Shown in pieces: positions 12,501-23,988 of a stretch of DNA of 64,000 nt. Below the pieces are notes generated by a model. That model was given only the letters and a program-made list of their open reading frames with translations, was not told the DNA's origin and did no database searches. Location of the stretch: positions 24,056,001-24,120,000 of the forward strand of contig OZ004609.1 in assembly GCA_963924565.1 (NCBI GenBank). The letters run 5' to 3'. Both the position numbers and the translations under genes were made by a program. The DNA is from Ascidiella aspersa (taxonomy: Eukaryota). Within the stretch, counting starts at the first letter, position 1. Each line of letters begins with the position of its first letter.

Positions 12501-15500
12501 AATGACCTTCTTTCATTTAAGGTGTGTATACTATAAAGATCAGTAGTTAAAAATATTAAATCTTTGTTATTAGTGTATATGTATTGATCTTAATTTTAAA
12601 TTCTATAAAAGTGTTGTTTTTTCAGGATTGTTTTTTGAATAAGATAACCCGAAGCCTTTCCAGCATTCGTTTAGCAGATCTTGGAATCCAAGAACGGTTT
12701 AGGTAACAGTTAAATATTTTTTTTTATTTGTTTATTATCCTTTGGTTGCTTAGTAGGGTTGTCTTATTTCATTTTTCAAATTTTTATTCCAAATTTTATT
12801 ATCAGTATTTTTAAATTTACAAAATTGTTGAATCTAAGACAAGTAAGAATCCAATTAAACTGGTATGGAATCATGCTTTTTTGAACTAAAAGGTGCTTAA
12901 CTTTAAAATATATTGTGAGCTGAATATTTTAACCTTGGAAACAACCTGCAATGTGGAAAGCTATTTTTGGTTACTTTCCAAAATAAAAATGTTAAAAATA
13001 ACTACATTTTTATCCAACAGCCATTTATAGAAAAATAATACTTCAAAACAGTTCTGTCCTCTCCTGATATTGGTTAACTAAATTGTGCTCTACTGTAATG
13101 CAGTGCTGGCTTACCAAGAGCAAGGCGCGAGTTCTCCAAGCTAAATCATTATTCAACTCCAAAGCAAAAGCTATGCTGTTTGCAGAAAGCACTGATGTTT
13201 ATATCAGAAGAAAGTGTTAATGCCAACAACTTGGGTAGGAATCCATTGTTTAACCTATAAATGTTGAAAAGCTTTGTAGAATATGTTAAAGATAAAAGTG
13301 CTGTGAAATAAAGCCTATATAAAACTGCAGTTTGCGACCCCATTTTGCCCACAGACATGCCTGTGGCCTCTCTAGCTAAATAGCAATATTAGTTTTGTGG
13401 ATTGCTTTGCTTTTTAGTTTTGTGTGACCAGCGACTTTTTTATTGAACAAGTTTGCCCATGCCCACCCCTAGCCTATGCTTTTAAGGCAGCAAAGTTGTA
13501 ATATTTAAGTTAAGTCGTATTTGTATTGGATTTAATAAGTCGATTGTTTAAACTTTCTAGCTGGTGTTCAAAAGGGATCAGCTGGTTTAGAAACAAAGCC
13601 TCAAGGTAAGCCATTCTACATACAGCCAATATTTTACAGTCAAGTTATTAAAATTATTATACTTATACACGTTCATTGATCAGCCTTTGTTGACATGCCA
13701 ATTCCTACAAAATATATAATATACCAAATTAAGTTAAACGTTTTTATGCCTAACATATATTACAAAAACACATTGTTGGTCTAAGATTCTGTTGCGATGT
13801 CATCTGACGACCTTTTACCAACTCTTATATACCTGGTGTTAAAATGCGACGTGGCCAATTGGCTGGCAAACCTGCAGTACCTGAAGTACTTTCAGTTCAC
13901 CGCCACAGCAGGCGATAAGTTGGGGTAAGCCGTTGTTCGGACAACGTGAAAGGAACTAATGGACGTGTTGCGTAAAAACATTACTCTTTGGCTTTTCTCA
14001 ATTTTATTTATTATTAAATACGTTGTAGACAATAAATGTATTTTAAATATGCTTTATTTGCTATAGTTATATCATTTAGGGCTGGAACAAAAATCCTTGG
14101 TTTTCCAGAATCGTAAATGATTTGCTAACTAATTAATTTGCTAGACCGCTGCCCGTCGAAACAAATGTTTTTGGTAAAATAAACACAAAAACAATAGCGA
14201 GAAATGTTAGCATGTCATAAATACGCTGTGTTGTTTTAAAGTGTTGTTGCATGTTGTGTCAGACATGTGCTGCATTAAGTTCTATTTCTCACTGAAAGTT
14301 TTGCCTTCTTCTCCAAACTTTGCATTGCAACTTAAATGCAAAAAAATGAATGTTTTCCTTATAGTAACAACATTCGTTTTTTTTTTTTTTTTTTTGAGAA
14401 AGCGTTTTCAAACGCAACTGTATCTTAAAAAATGTTTGTCTAGGTTTTACCTGGCGACGCTGGAAGCTGCAATCGAGCACGTGAAGAACGACAACATAGA
14501 TTTGGACAACGTGAAGGTGATCGGTTCGTTCAAAATAAACGTATCTGTTCGCCTAACTAAAACCGTTGTTTAAATAATGGTGAACGATATTACCACATCT
14601 CTACGCTTTAAGATTTAAAAAAGAACAGTTTTACATAAATTACCAATACCAGACAAAAAGTCATTCACATTGCTTAACCACCACCTTGATTTCGTTAAGG
14701 TTCTACCACTGAAGCGACAGAACTCAAGTGAAAACGTGGAACAACTACTTCGTCTCTTTATGGTTTGTTGCCGAATTTGTTTTACTTAACCAGCCGAAGC
14801 AGTAGCCGTCGTTGACAAATGGTGTTGTTTGTGAATGTTACGATTTGTATGTGTAACGTAAAATTGACAAAATCACAGGGTACTGCGTAACAGGGCTCTT
14901 AATATTTTTTTATAATTTTGCACGAAAGGACGCATAGGCTACGTAAACGGAACAAACAAAAGAGGCTTTTTACTACCCTTTTTTCACTGTTTTTGCTGTC
15001 ACGTTTAGTTGATTTATTTTGCGATTGCCAGACGACGGTTGTGGCTTGTGAAATGTTTAAAACAAGCAAACTTGTCAGAGGAAGTTTATTGTTGTTCTTG
15101 ACAAAGATGATCGTACTATAGACCAGAGCTTCCCAACCTTTTTCAGTTTGCGACCCACTTTTAATGCAAGTTTTTCTGTGCGACCCACAATTAGTTATTA
15201 CCAAACGAATACAGTTACATAACACCCGCATCTTTACTACTGGCGTACGTACTAAAATAGGTAATGCGACACAACACATCTAATTGTTAAGTATTTGTGA
15301 TATTATTGCATAAATTTTACGTAATGATAATGCAATAATTTCCCGATCTTATATAGCAAACTGCAACATTTAGAAATGCTTCGCGACCCACCTGAAATAG
15401 CTTCACGACACACCAATGGGTCGCAACCCACTGGTTGGGAAGCACTGCTATAGGCAAAACTGAAAATGTGTTTGCGTGATTAGCTGATCCGCGATGGCGA

Positions 15501-18500
15501 CACATCGGGTGTGAGGCGGTTCTTGAGGCAAGCAGAAGCGCTTCGCGACCTGCACGAACACGACAAATGCCATCCTCTGTGCGAATGCCAGAAGTGCTCC
15601 AAGCTGACACAAGGGTATGTTTCGTTCGCGTTTCGTGCACCTTCAATTTCCCACGACATGTTTTCTCTCAAAAGTGGGTTTTTGCAAATATTTGGACGGT
15701 GACAATCAAGAAATACCCATAAAGGCCACAAATACATTTTCATTGTGGCCAATTTGCCCGCAGCCACCATGGTTATTTACTTTAATTTCGCAACCCATAA
15801 CTATTAACGCTAAAGCTCCGTTTCGTTTATAGCGCGCATAACACAGTATATTATATACCTTTATAGACCTGGTAAAAAGGGAGCCAAAGCTGGAGTGAGC
15901 GTTACGACAAGGGATGACCGTGGAAGATGCGCTCTTCACGCTGCTGCCTTGTCAGGTAAACGCAACCCTATACTGTCGTATGGCAGAAAAACTTTAAAGT
16001 TTAAATTTCTGATAACGAGGCCATCCATGATCCATTGATCCATCAACAGCACCCTAATTACTCAGTCAAAAAGTGTTAGTGCTTATTGGCCTTATATTTT
16101 TTATGACTAATTTGTATTAAAGCTTTGTTTAATATTAACATAGGATATATTGGTAGATCTAAATGTTCGATTGTTTTTCAATGGGATTCTAAGTAATCCA
16201 TCACAGTCATTTTATTCATACTTTATCTTTGACAGGCAAGCACGAAGTTGTTGACGTACTTGTTGAATTCGACGCCGACCTCAATGCGACCGACTACCAC
16301 GGTTGTACCCCTTTGCATCTTGCCGCCCAGGAAGGCTCACAGAGCGTAATTGTAGGTGGAGCAAAGTTGTTTGCAAGATTTATGTTTTACTGTTTATCGG
16401 AACACATTCACTTGAACGGAATATGAGTAAACCTGTCTTGACCCCTGCGCATGTTTTAAGAGTTGGTAATTTGTACATAGCTTTCAAAATTTCACAGTAT
16501 TTTACGGATTTCCAGCAGATAATAACACATACAACAAGATCAACTGCTTAAAAACATATAAAAATGTAAAAGAAAGATTCTTGCTTTCGTATCGGATGAA
16601 CTTATCATTTCTTAAAATATTTTTTTAGAAAAATGATTTTACGTCTTATACCTGTTTTTATAAGCTGTCTTAAGATCAAGTAGGAAACAGGAATCATTTT
16701 TTAAAGATTTTTTAAAACAATTTACGATTCCCCCTTTATTGTTCCTCTATAAATTATATCCCAAACATGCTTAAGAAAACCCATAGCCTATACCAGTGGT
16801 CGGGAACCTTTTTAGCTAATGGAGCCATATAAGCCAAGTATTCGTGATTGTATTTTCATGAGAGCCATAGTAAATTGAGCAGGGTCGTTTATTTTGTTCT
16901 CACTTAAAGTATAGGACATGCTATGCACCAAAAATGAATAAGCTTAGTTTGCGCAACTTTGATTGTGGGATTCCCTTAAAAGAATAGGGCCTTTTGGATA
17001 TTAAGAGATTCCTACAAACGGATTCGCGCAAACCGCCGAAAATTTTCCATCATGTGTGTTAGAAAAGGAAAAATACAGTCAAGTTAGAAAAGCGGTCGTG
17101 GTCGCATGCAGTTTTATTTGATACCATGCTTAGAAATGATAGCTTAGATTTTTTTGCAACCAAGATTATTTCATAAAAAAAAAACATATGGCTTCACAAA
17201 AAGAGCCATATATGGCTCGCGAGCCTTACGTTCCCGAACCCTGGCCTATACGCACAATTTTCGCTTTACCTTGCGTATTCCCGAACCTCGTTGCAGTTCC
17301 TCTTGCTGCATCACGGAGCGAACCCGAGCGCTGAAGACAACAACAACAACACGCCCTTGCATCTCGCGTGTCTAGGTGGCCACGAAGGGGTGCGTATTAT
17401 TAAAACTAAACCGTTTATCGTTCGCCACATCACGAAACGTGTCGATTTTCTTGTCTAGTGCGTGAAGGCCCTTCTTTACTTCGACCCCACAGCTGACATC
17501 GTCAAGGTCAATGCGATCAACGATTTGGGGGATTCGCCGCTTCATTTGGCTTCCAAATGGGGTTACGGTTAGTGAATCATTTAATGATTGCATCCCTTTC
17601 ATTAAGAAATTGCGGGAAACGTTCTACAAAATTACGAGTATTGTTTAAAATATTACTTTGTTATTATTTTTGACAATTGATATACAATCACTAGTTACAA
17701 AAAAGGATGGAATAACACCAAAATAAAACTAATTAGTAATAGTAAGGATGACTTTTAAATCGGAATATAACTTGAACAAGATTCACGCAACTCTTACTTA
17801 ACCCAAAATCCACCCCTAACCACCAATAAGCCTTCCAATATTTCCAACGTTAACAAAAGTTATTACCCAACCACTAACCCCAAACACGGGCAAACAGGCC
17901 GGTGCCAAAAATTACTGCGTATCTGGCTTTAATGTGTTGTTTTCTAATGCTATGGTATTATAAATAATCTAGCTTTAGATATTGCCGCTTTATAGGTCTT
18001 ATTGGGTGTTCCCTTTTCTTATTGGTTTAATTGTCGCTTACTTAAATAAAAAAAAATCGTTATATTCTGTCGTTTTTAGTTAAGATCGCTCAAGCTCTTG
18101 TAGAGTATAACGCCGACGTCACTCTCAAAAATCGACGAAAGCTTACACCTCTTGACGTCAGTCATAATTCTGACGTCACTGCCGTTATCAAAGCCAGCGG
18201 CACAGAGACGAACACTATCTCCAGATATATTGAGCCAAAAAGAAAGGTGGGAATTTGTAAAATTTAACGTTATATTTTCTTGTTTGTTTTAAAAATACCT
18301 CAACTATAGGAAAAGTTAAGTTAACGCGAACGTTTTTTAAGATATGATTCAAAGGTTTTCATTTTATTTAGTCAAAGAAAGATCCTAAAAGTTTGAGTTT
18401 ATCGCATCCCAAATTCCTGTCTATTCACAGGTTATATATGGTTTGCCAAACAAAGTATAGCAAAATAAAAACTGCGAAACACTCTACGACCAACATTAGG

Positions 18501-21500
18501 TGTTTTTAATCCGGATTTTGTTTAATTAAAGACGGGACAGTTAACAAATCATGCGACAAAAAACCTTTATGTAGAAATCAAGCTTTCGAAAGTCAACGCT
18601 GTCCAAGAACACCGGGCTGGCGAACGAAGGGACGGCCAAACTCAAGTCGGATCGGCAAAACTGCGACGACCCGAAAAACACCACAAAGCAGGTTTACTGC
18701 AAAAAATTTCAAATTTACTGCAATGCTGGCTTCCGTGGAAATCGTCCTGCGTATTAAACTAGACTAAAATCTCATTGCAACGCAACAAAATGATTACGTT
18801 AGATAAAATAGGACCTGTTTTGATGTTTAAAACGCAATAGGCAGGACTTCCATACCGCCTATTTTTATGAAAAAATCAGAGAAAAAATTCTTATTTATGT
18901 CATCCTTAAACTAGGGTAAAAATAAATTTTATTTTTTAGAAAAACATTTTTTGTCGTTTTTTTATTTGTCCTATTGTTAGTTTTATGACTCCAAACTTCA
19001 ATGCTCTATGTTATTACAATTTTTATAAACATCGGTCATAGAGAACAGGTTGATGTTCAACCGCATTTTTGCAGGAAATAATTAAAATCATTTTTAAATC
19101 TTATTCTCTCTTGTTTTTAAAAGCGAATGCAGTTTGATGGTAACCAAGCTTTAAAAAATATCTGATCGTCTGCCAGGTCGAGAAACTGCTCCGTGCCATC
19201 TCCGACAACGATGCGAACATGCTGTGTTACTTATGTGGTTGGGCTGTAACACCCGGAACCGCTACCCCTGCAAAGTGTCATCCGCTGTGCCAGTGCACCA
19301 AGTGTAAACCTCCATTGTCCGTAAGTGGCGTTTAACTTAAGAACGCCAATGGGTGTTTAGTTTGCTTCTCGTATGCTTATCGCCTATATAGTTTTGTTTT
19401 CTTTCCGTTTACTTATTTTTATCTTGTTTACCAACAGAGATGTTAGATATATTATATTACAGAGTTCCTATATTAGAAGCCACCGCCGACCAAATCCCTA
19501 TCTTAACCGTTATATTCTAATTTCTAAAATTATAATGGGTCGCTTTGCCTTTTTTACATATGCTTTCATATAATTAAATTTTTAAAATTAAAAAGAATAG
19601 TATACTGTTCTTATTCTTGTATTTCTCTAATAACAATATGAAACCAATTTTATTTCCCCCCATTCCTTCCACAGGACCCAGTGCTTCATGCGAATGTGAC
19701 CGGGCCAGACGGCCAGACTCCGCTTTCGTTGGCCTCTAAACTTGGCCACATAGAGGTTGTTGGTCTACTGTTACGTCACAATGCGAAACCCGACGCAAAG
19801 TTACGCAACAACGGTCACACAGCACTGCATCTCGCTTGTCAGTATGGCCACGTCAAGGTAACAATCATATGAACTGTGTCCAACGTTTGTCATAGGCTTT
19901 GTTATAAGGGCTGTATAGGTGAGGGGCACTAAGTAAGGCAAGAAAAAATGTAATGCATGGCAAAGTGTCACGAGTTAACAAAGGATTCTAAAACGTATTG
20001 TACTTGTGTACTGTGTTCTAATGCCCCAAGCTCATTAAATTGATTTTCGCTGTGAATAACATTAAAAAGTTTGAGGTATTTATATTGTAACAACTGCTAA
20101 TGGCCTAAGAAGGGGTAAAATATTTGCAATAAATAGAATTACGTACGGACTTCTTCCCTTTCTTGGCAATTCGAATAGCTAACTTTGTCGTTAAAGTTAC
20201 TGAACGAGAGTTCAATTTGCTAGGTAATCGAATATTTGCTGCGTCACGGCGCGTACTGCGACATCCGGGACAATGAAGGCAACACTCCAATCTTTATGTC
20301 GGCCATGAACGGACACACAAGCTGTATCGCTGTCTTGGCACAGGTATAGTTTGCTGTGAACGGCGCATGTTGCCATAAAACAAAACCGTAAAAAATGTTT
20401 ATTAAAAAAAATAATTCTATTTTTAAAAATAGTTTTCGATTTTAAAAGTATATGTCAATCGGAGATATCTTGCAAAATTACCTAATGCTTTTATTTCATT
20501 AAACCTAAAATCTATATTTAGTAATCCAGTTTTTCTGTCATTATCCAGAACTTAAATTGTTGTTTTTTTGTCGATTTGTTTTGCCATGTTTTTGTAAATG
20601 ACGAATTTCCGTTTTGATCAGCACGGCGCTTCAGTGAATATCCGTAACCGAAAAGGGGATTCCCCGTTGCACGAAGCCGTCAAGTGGAGGCACAGCGACA
20701 CCGTGCGGCTGCTTGACGATCTCGGAGCTGTGGCTTACTATAAGAACAATTTGGGAAAAACTCCAGTGGAACTTTCTGCCACGGTAACTATGTTCTTGTG
20801 TATCCAGCAATCATTGAGCATGGTTAGGTCAAATTTATTGTTCACGTGTATTTTTTAAAAAGGTTTCCATGGTCCACCAGTGAGCCATGGCCCACTGGTT
20901 GATAACCGCTGATTTATGACGTCTTGAACCGTACATTATGTTCACGTTACTTTGTATTACAGTCCATTCAACAAGTAACAGTGTTTATATAATAAAAAAC
21001 ATGTCGGGTACACTATGTACGGATCTGTAACGTAGCTTGATAATAAATTGCAAAGCCAAAAAGGTCGAGTAAATCGACAGCATCTTGATAAAGACGTTTC
21101 GATACGAGCTTGTATCATCTTCAGTTAATGTGACACAAGCTCGTATCGAAACGTCTTAATCAAGATGCTGTCGACCTTTTTGTTTTTACTCGACTTACTC
21201 GACTTTTTTGGCTTTGCAATTTATTATCAAAAAACACGTCGCTTTTACAAAAACAAATTCTTCAGCCAAACTCAAATTTCTTTAACCAAATCCCGATTTA
21301 AAATTTTCACAAGGACCCGGAACTGCAAGAAATTCTAATTTCGCACGCAAGCGGCGTTCACGACGCTAACTCATCGTCTCACGCCAAAACCGGTCACGTG
21401 GAAAGCGCGCCAACCAATCAGGACAGCACACGAAAGAGCATCAGCCAATCAGAGGCCGACGAGGCGCTGGCCGACCAGCTGCTGGATAAGTTCCACAACC

Positions 21501-22273
21501 AAGCGCCTTCGACGCCGCCCATCTACGACTCGGCCTCAGCGCGCTCCATTAAGTTAGACTTCGACCCGACGAAAATCGATGACCTCACGAGGTCGGATGA
21601 TGTAATCAACCGTGACGTCACTGAGAAGGGAGCTCTGCTTGAGGGAGCAAGCTTTGAGGTTACGGCGCCGGTTGCTCCAAACGATATGCTGAAAATAGAA
21701 CCTGACGCTGCCAGTGACTGTGAGTGTAAGTCATTAGTCACTTCCGAATGTAATTTTGAATCTTCTGATAGCGCCGAGGATTGCTCGAAGACGATTGACG
21801 GTGCTTTGGCAAATAGCGAAATATGTGAATCCCCTTCTGTTGAGCGAACCCTAATGCCCGGAGTACCAAATTGCGACCGTGTCCTTGACACCGCTACGAA
21901 CGTCGTTTCTACCAACGTTGATATAAACTGTGAGTTTACAGACGATACGCCCTGTTCTTCCGGCGACCTCACTACAAACTACGTCACAAGCGAGCTTAAG
22001 CCGTTATCTTTTCCTGTTGCAAACAAACATGTTACTGATTCTAGTCACGCGGTTACTACGCACACTTTGGATTCTTCGACAACCACTTCGAACTCCAACT
22101 CGTATTTTGAGATCGCTTCTAAATCGACGAGTGACGTGGTAGTATCCGTCACTAGTGACGTCACACCGGGAAGCAATTCATTAACTGAAAAATGCCGAAC
22201 GCCAAGTTCAGGCGAGGGAGCTTACCTTTGTTTAAACAACGAAGGAGAGAAAAGCGACACTAAGTTAGAGTAA
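9565..22273 (+). CDS. ANKRD27: Ankyrin repeat domain-containing protein 27 (VARP): VPS9 GEF domain, two ankyrin blocks and two Zn-fingernail motifs; roughly 25 exons, some boundaries approximate
   Basis: MESYDEDLTQN start; ILFEETFFNQNDESYIVLCISQPLE (~11115-11190); VPS9 motifs SSDDLLPTLIYLVLKCDVANWLANLQYLKYF (~13800-13900) and YLATLEAAIEHV (~14450); CHPLCECQKC (15568-15597) and CHPLCQCTKC (~19276-19305); ankyrin exons (GCTPLHLAAQEG, GDSPLHLASKWGY, GQTPLSLASKLGH, GDSPLHEAVKW); last exon 21314-22273. Confidence 0.93.
9679..9947. mobile_element. MITE with ~20-bp TIRs and internal GTGCACCC-like repeats, 12 nt downstream of the ANKRD27 exon 1 end
   Basis: TIR core tggaaagtatggca / tgccatactttcca; flanking duplication gttatcgg/gttatcgt; about six (g)tgcaccc-like motifs inside. 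Confidence 0.7.
11926..12063. mobile_element. Inverted-repeat element (~45-bp arms) with a central hammerhead; probable Penelope-like remnant in an ANKRD27 intron
   Basis: aatggtgaaaataacggcccaaatagacataaaaagcgacatgct recurs as its exact reverse complement ending at 12063. Confidence 0.7.
11978..12015 (-). ncRNA. Minimal type-I hammerhead ribozyme motif
   Basis: Reverse complement reads tca-CTGATGA-t-GGCA(tgagcatt)TGCC-GAAAC-GTT-tga: stem I tca/tga, 4-bp stem II, intact core. Confidence 0.7.
15124..15447. mobile_element. hAT-type MITE
   Basis: TIRs cagagcttcccaacc / ggttgggaagcactg; 8-bp TSD ctatagac/ctataggc; subterminal gcgaccca repeats. Confidence 0.85.
16794..17243. mobile_element. hAT-type MITE
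   Basis: TIRs cagtggtcgggaac / gttcccgaaccctg; perfect 8-bp TSD gcctatac; gagccat subterminal motifs. Confidence 0.88.
21006..21230. mobile_element. Asymmetric inverted-repeat element with a central hammerhead; probable Penelope-like remnant in the last ANKRD27 intron
   Basis: 21037-21117 is mirrored at ~21132-21230. The left arm (21006-21117) has a homologous copy at 63433-63551. Confidence 0.7.
21089..21128 (-). ncRNA. Minimal type-I hammerhead ribozyme motif
   Basis: Reverse complement reads ttaa-CTGAAGA-t-GATAC(aagctc)GTATC-GAAAC-GTC-ttta: perfect 5-bp stem II. The mirror arm has ttaat after GTC, which would complete stem I. Confidence 0.7.
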
Positions 22274-23988
22274 TCGCTACGGTAAAAAAATATTTGGACA
22301 TATCTTTTGGTAAATAACCCTACCGATCGATCAGTGTTAGTTTCACAATCTTTCCCTTAAAATTTCTCCTACGTGTTATCTCGCGTATGACGACTACTCC
22401 GTATAATTTTTCTGTCTAAAGACCAGCTTAACTGCTAATACTTATATATTAAACTGAGCTCCACGCTTAAATACGATACAGACCGAGGCGTCACTGTTTT
22501 TGTTTGTGATATTGTTTATTCCTATGTTTAGGGCAAAACACGTCGTTCGTTTTCCTTATTTGTTTTACGCGCTTTTCCCTTATTTACCGAGATAACATGT
22601 GCAATAACAGTGTTACACTACCTATGGCCTTTTCTATGATTCACTATATTTTATAACACCTTTGAAAATTCATGTGGTTTTAAATTAATTCGGAAGTTTT
22701 AATAAAACGTTATTTTGCTGTTTCAAATATGCATGCATGTATTGTTGTATTTCACTCATGGAAGGAATGCAAAAAACTTTTTTACCAGTTCATTGGCTTA
22801 ACGTCGCAACCTGTAGGGTACATTAAAAGGGGTCAACAAACCTAGCGTTTCTCAATACTTTTGCTGGGCGCCAAGTGTTTGCTTCTACTACCACTGCGTA
22901 CGACATGACTTCATAAGAACCTGTTGTGCTCAATCTTGTTCTTTATTAATTAAACACACAAGTTTTTGAGAAACGGAAAAAACGCAAGCGCAGGAAGATG
23001 ATTCCAGATTATTGGTCGATTCGATTTTTCTAAATAACAATAAGTTGCGACCGCCCCTATATTCCAATTTTCTTAATTTACATCATAGAACCAACAATGT
23101 TACTTGTTTGTCACTAGAGCTACACGTACTAGAGTTCAAGAACCATCCTATGATTTCAAATGCACTAAATCAGCATAACGGAATATCGTACAGTAGTTGA
23201 TGTATTTGCGTTGGGCTATTGCAAATTAGAATAACGAATCGACTTATTAAAATATGTTATATTATTTTTGAGAAATGATGTGTTTCGAAAATATTCCATA
23301 ATTAATCTACTACCATGACAATGGCGGAAAAGGAGCTAGGACTGGGGGTCCTGTGGTCGTCGCCCCACCAACCAGGCGTCGCGGATTTGTTTTCGGATCA
23401 AGTTCGATCGCGGCGACGTCAATCAGCGCGCGCGTTGTGCCATCGCGTTATAAGCCCAGTGATCAAATCGCAATAAATCCGCGGGCGACAGACGCCATCA
23501 CTCGGCAAGACACGAAGCGTGCAGCGAAGCAGTTAATACTTGACCGAGCAGTTGCTTAGGAATCGTCTGCTGCATCAGCATCGACAAAATATTAAAAGGG
23601 GACAGAGGATCCGATCGCTTGCAGTTCAACGTAGACTGTGTTCAAAGGTTATTTGACGATGCGCCTCGTTGCGTATTGTAGTGATGTCGCGCGCGAGTCC
23701 GTAGCAACGGCGAAATCTACCCGACCAGAAGAGGTCGGGCGAGAAAACGACTGCCAGGTGCCAATTATCGTCGCGTTTTGTTCCAGGGGCCTTCCACATG
23801 TTTGTCCAAGGTATAAACTTGTTGGCATGTCTCCCCCTGCTGTTTGCTTTGCTCTTCGCCCGGGTCCTTCGATCAACAAACCGATCCTCATTCGCGCGTC
23901 TGTGACGTCACAGACTTGCCAACGCTCGCTGGTTGGCCCCTATACGCGCCCGACCAATGCGCAGTTCATGACGAGCTACTGTCAATGA

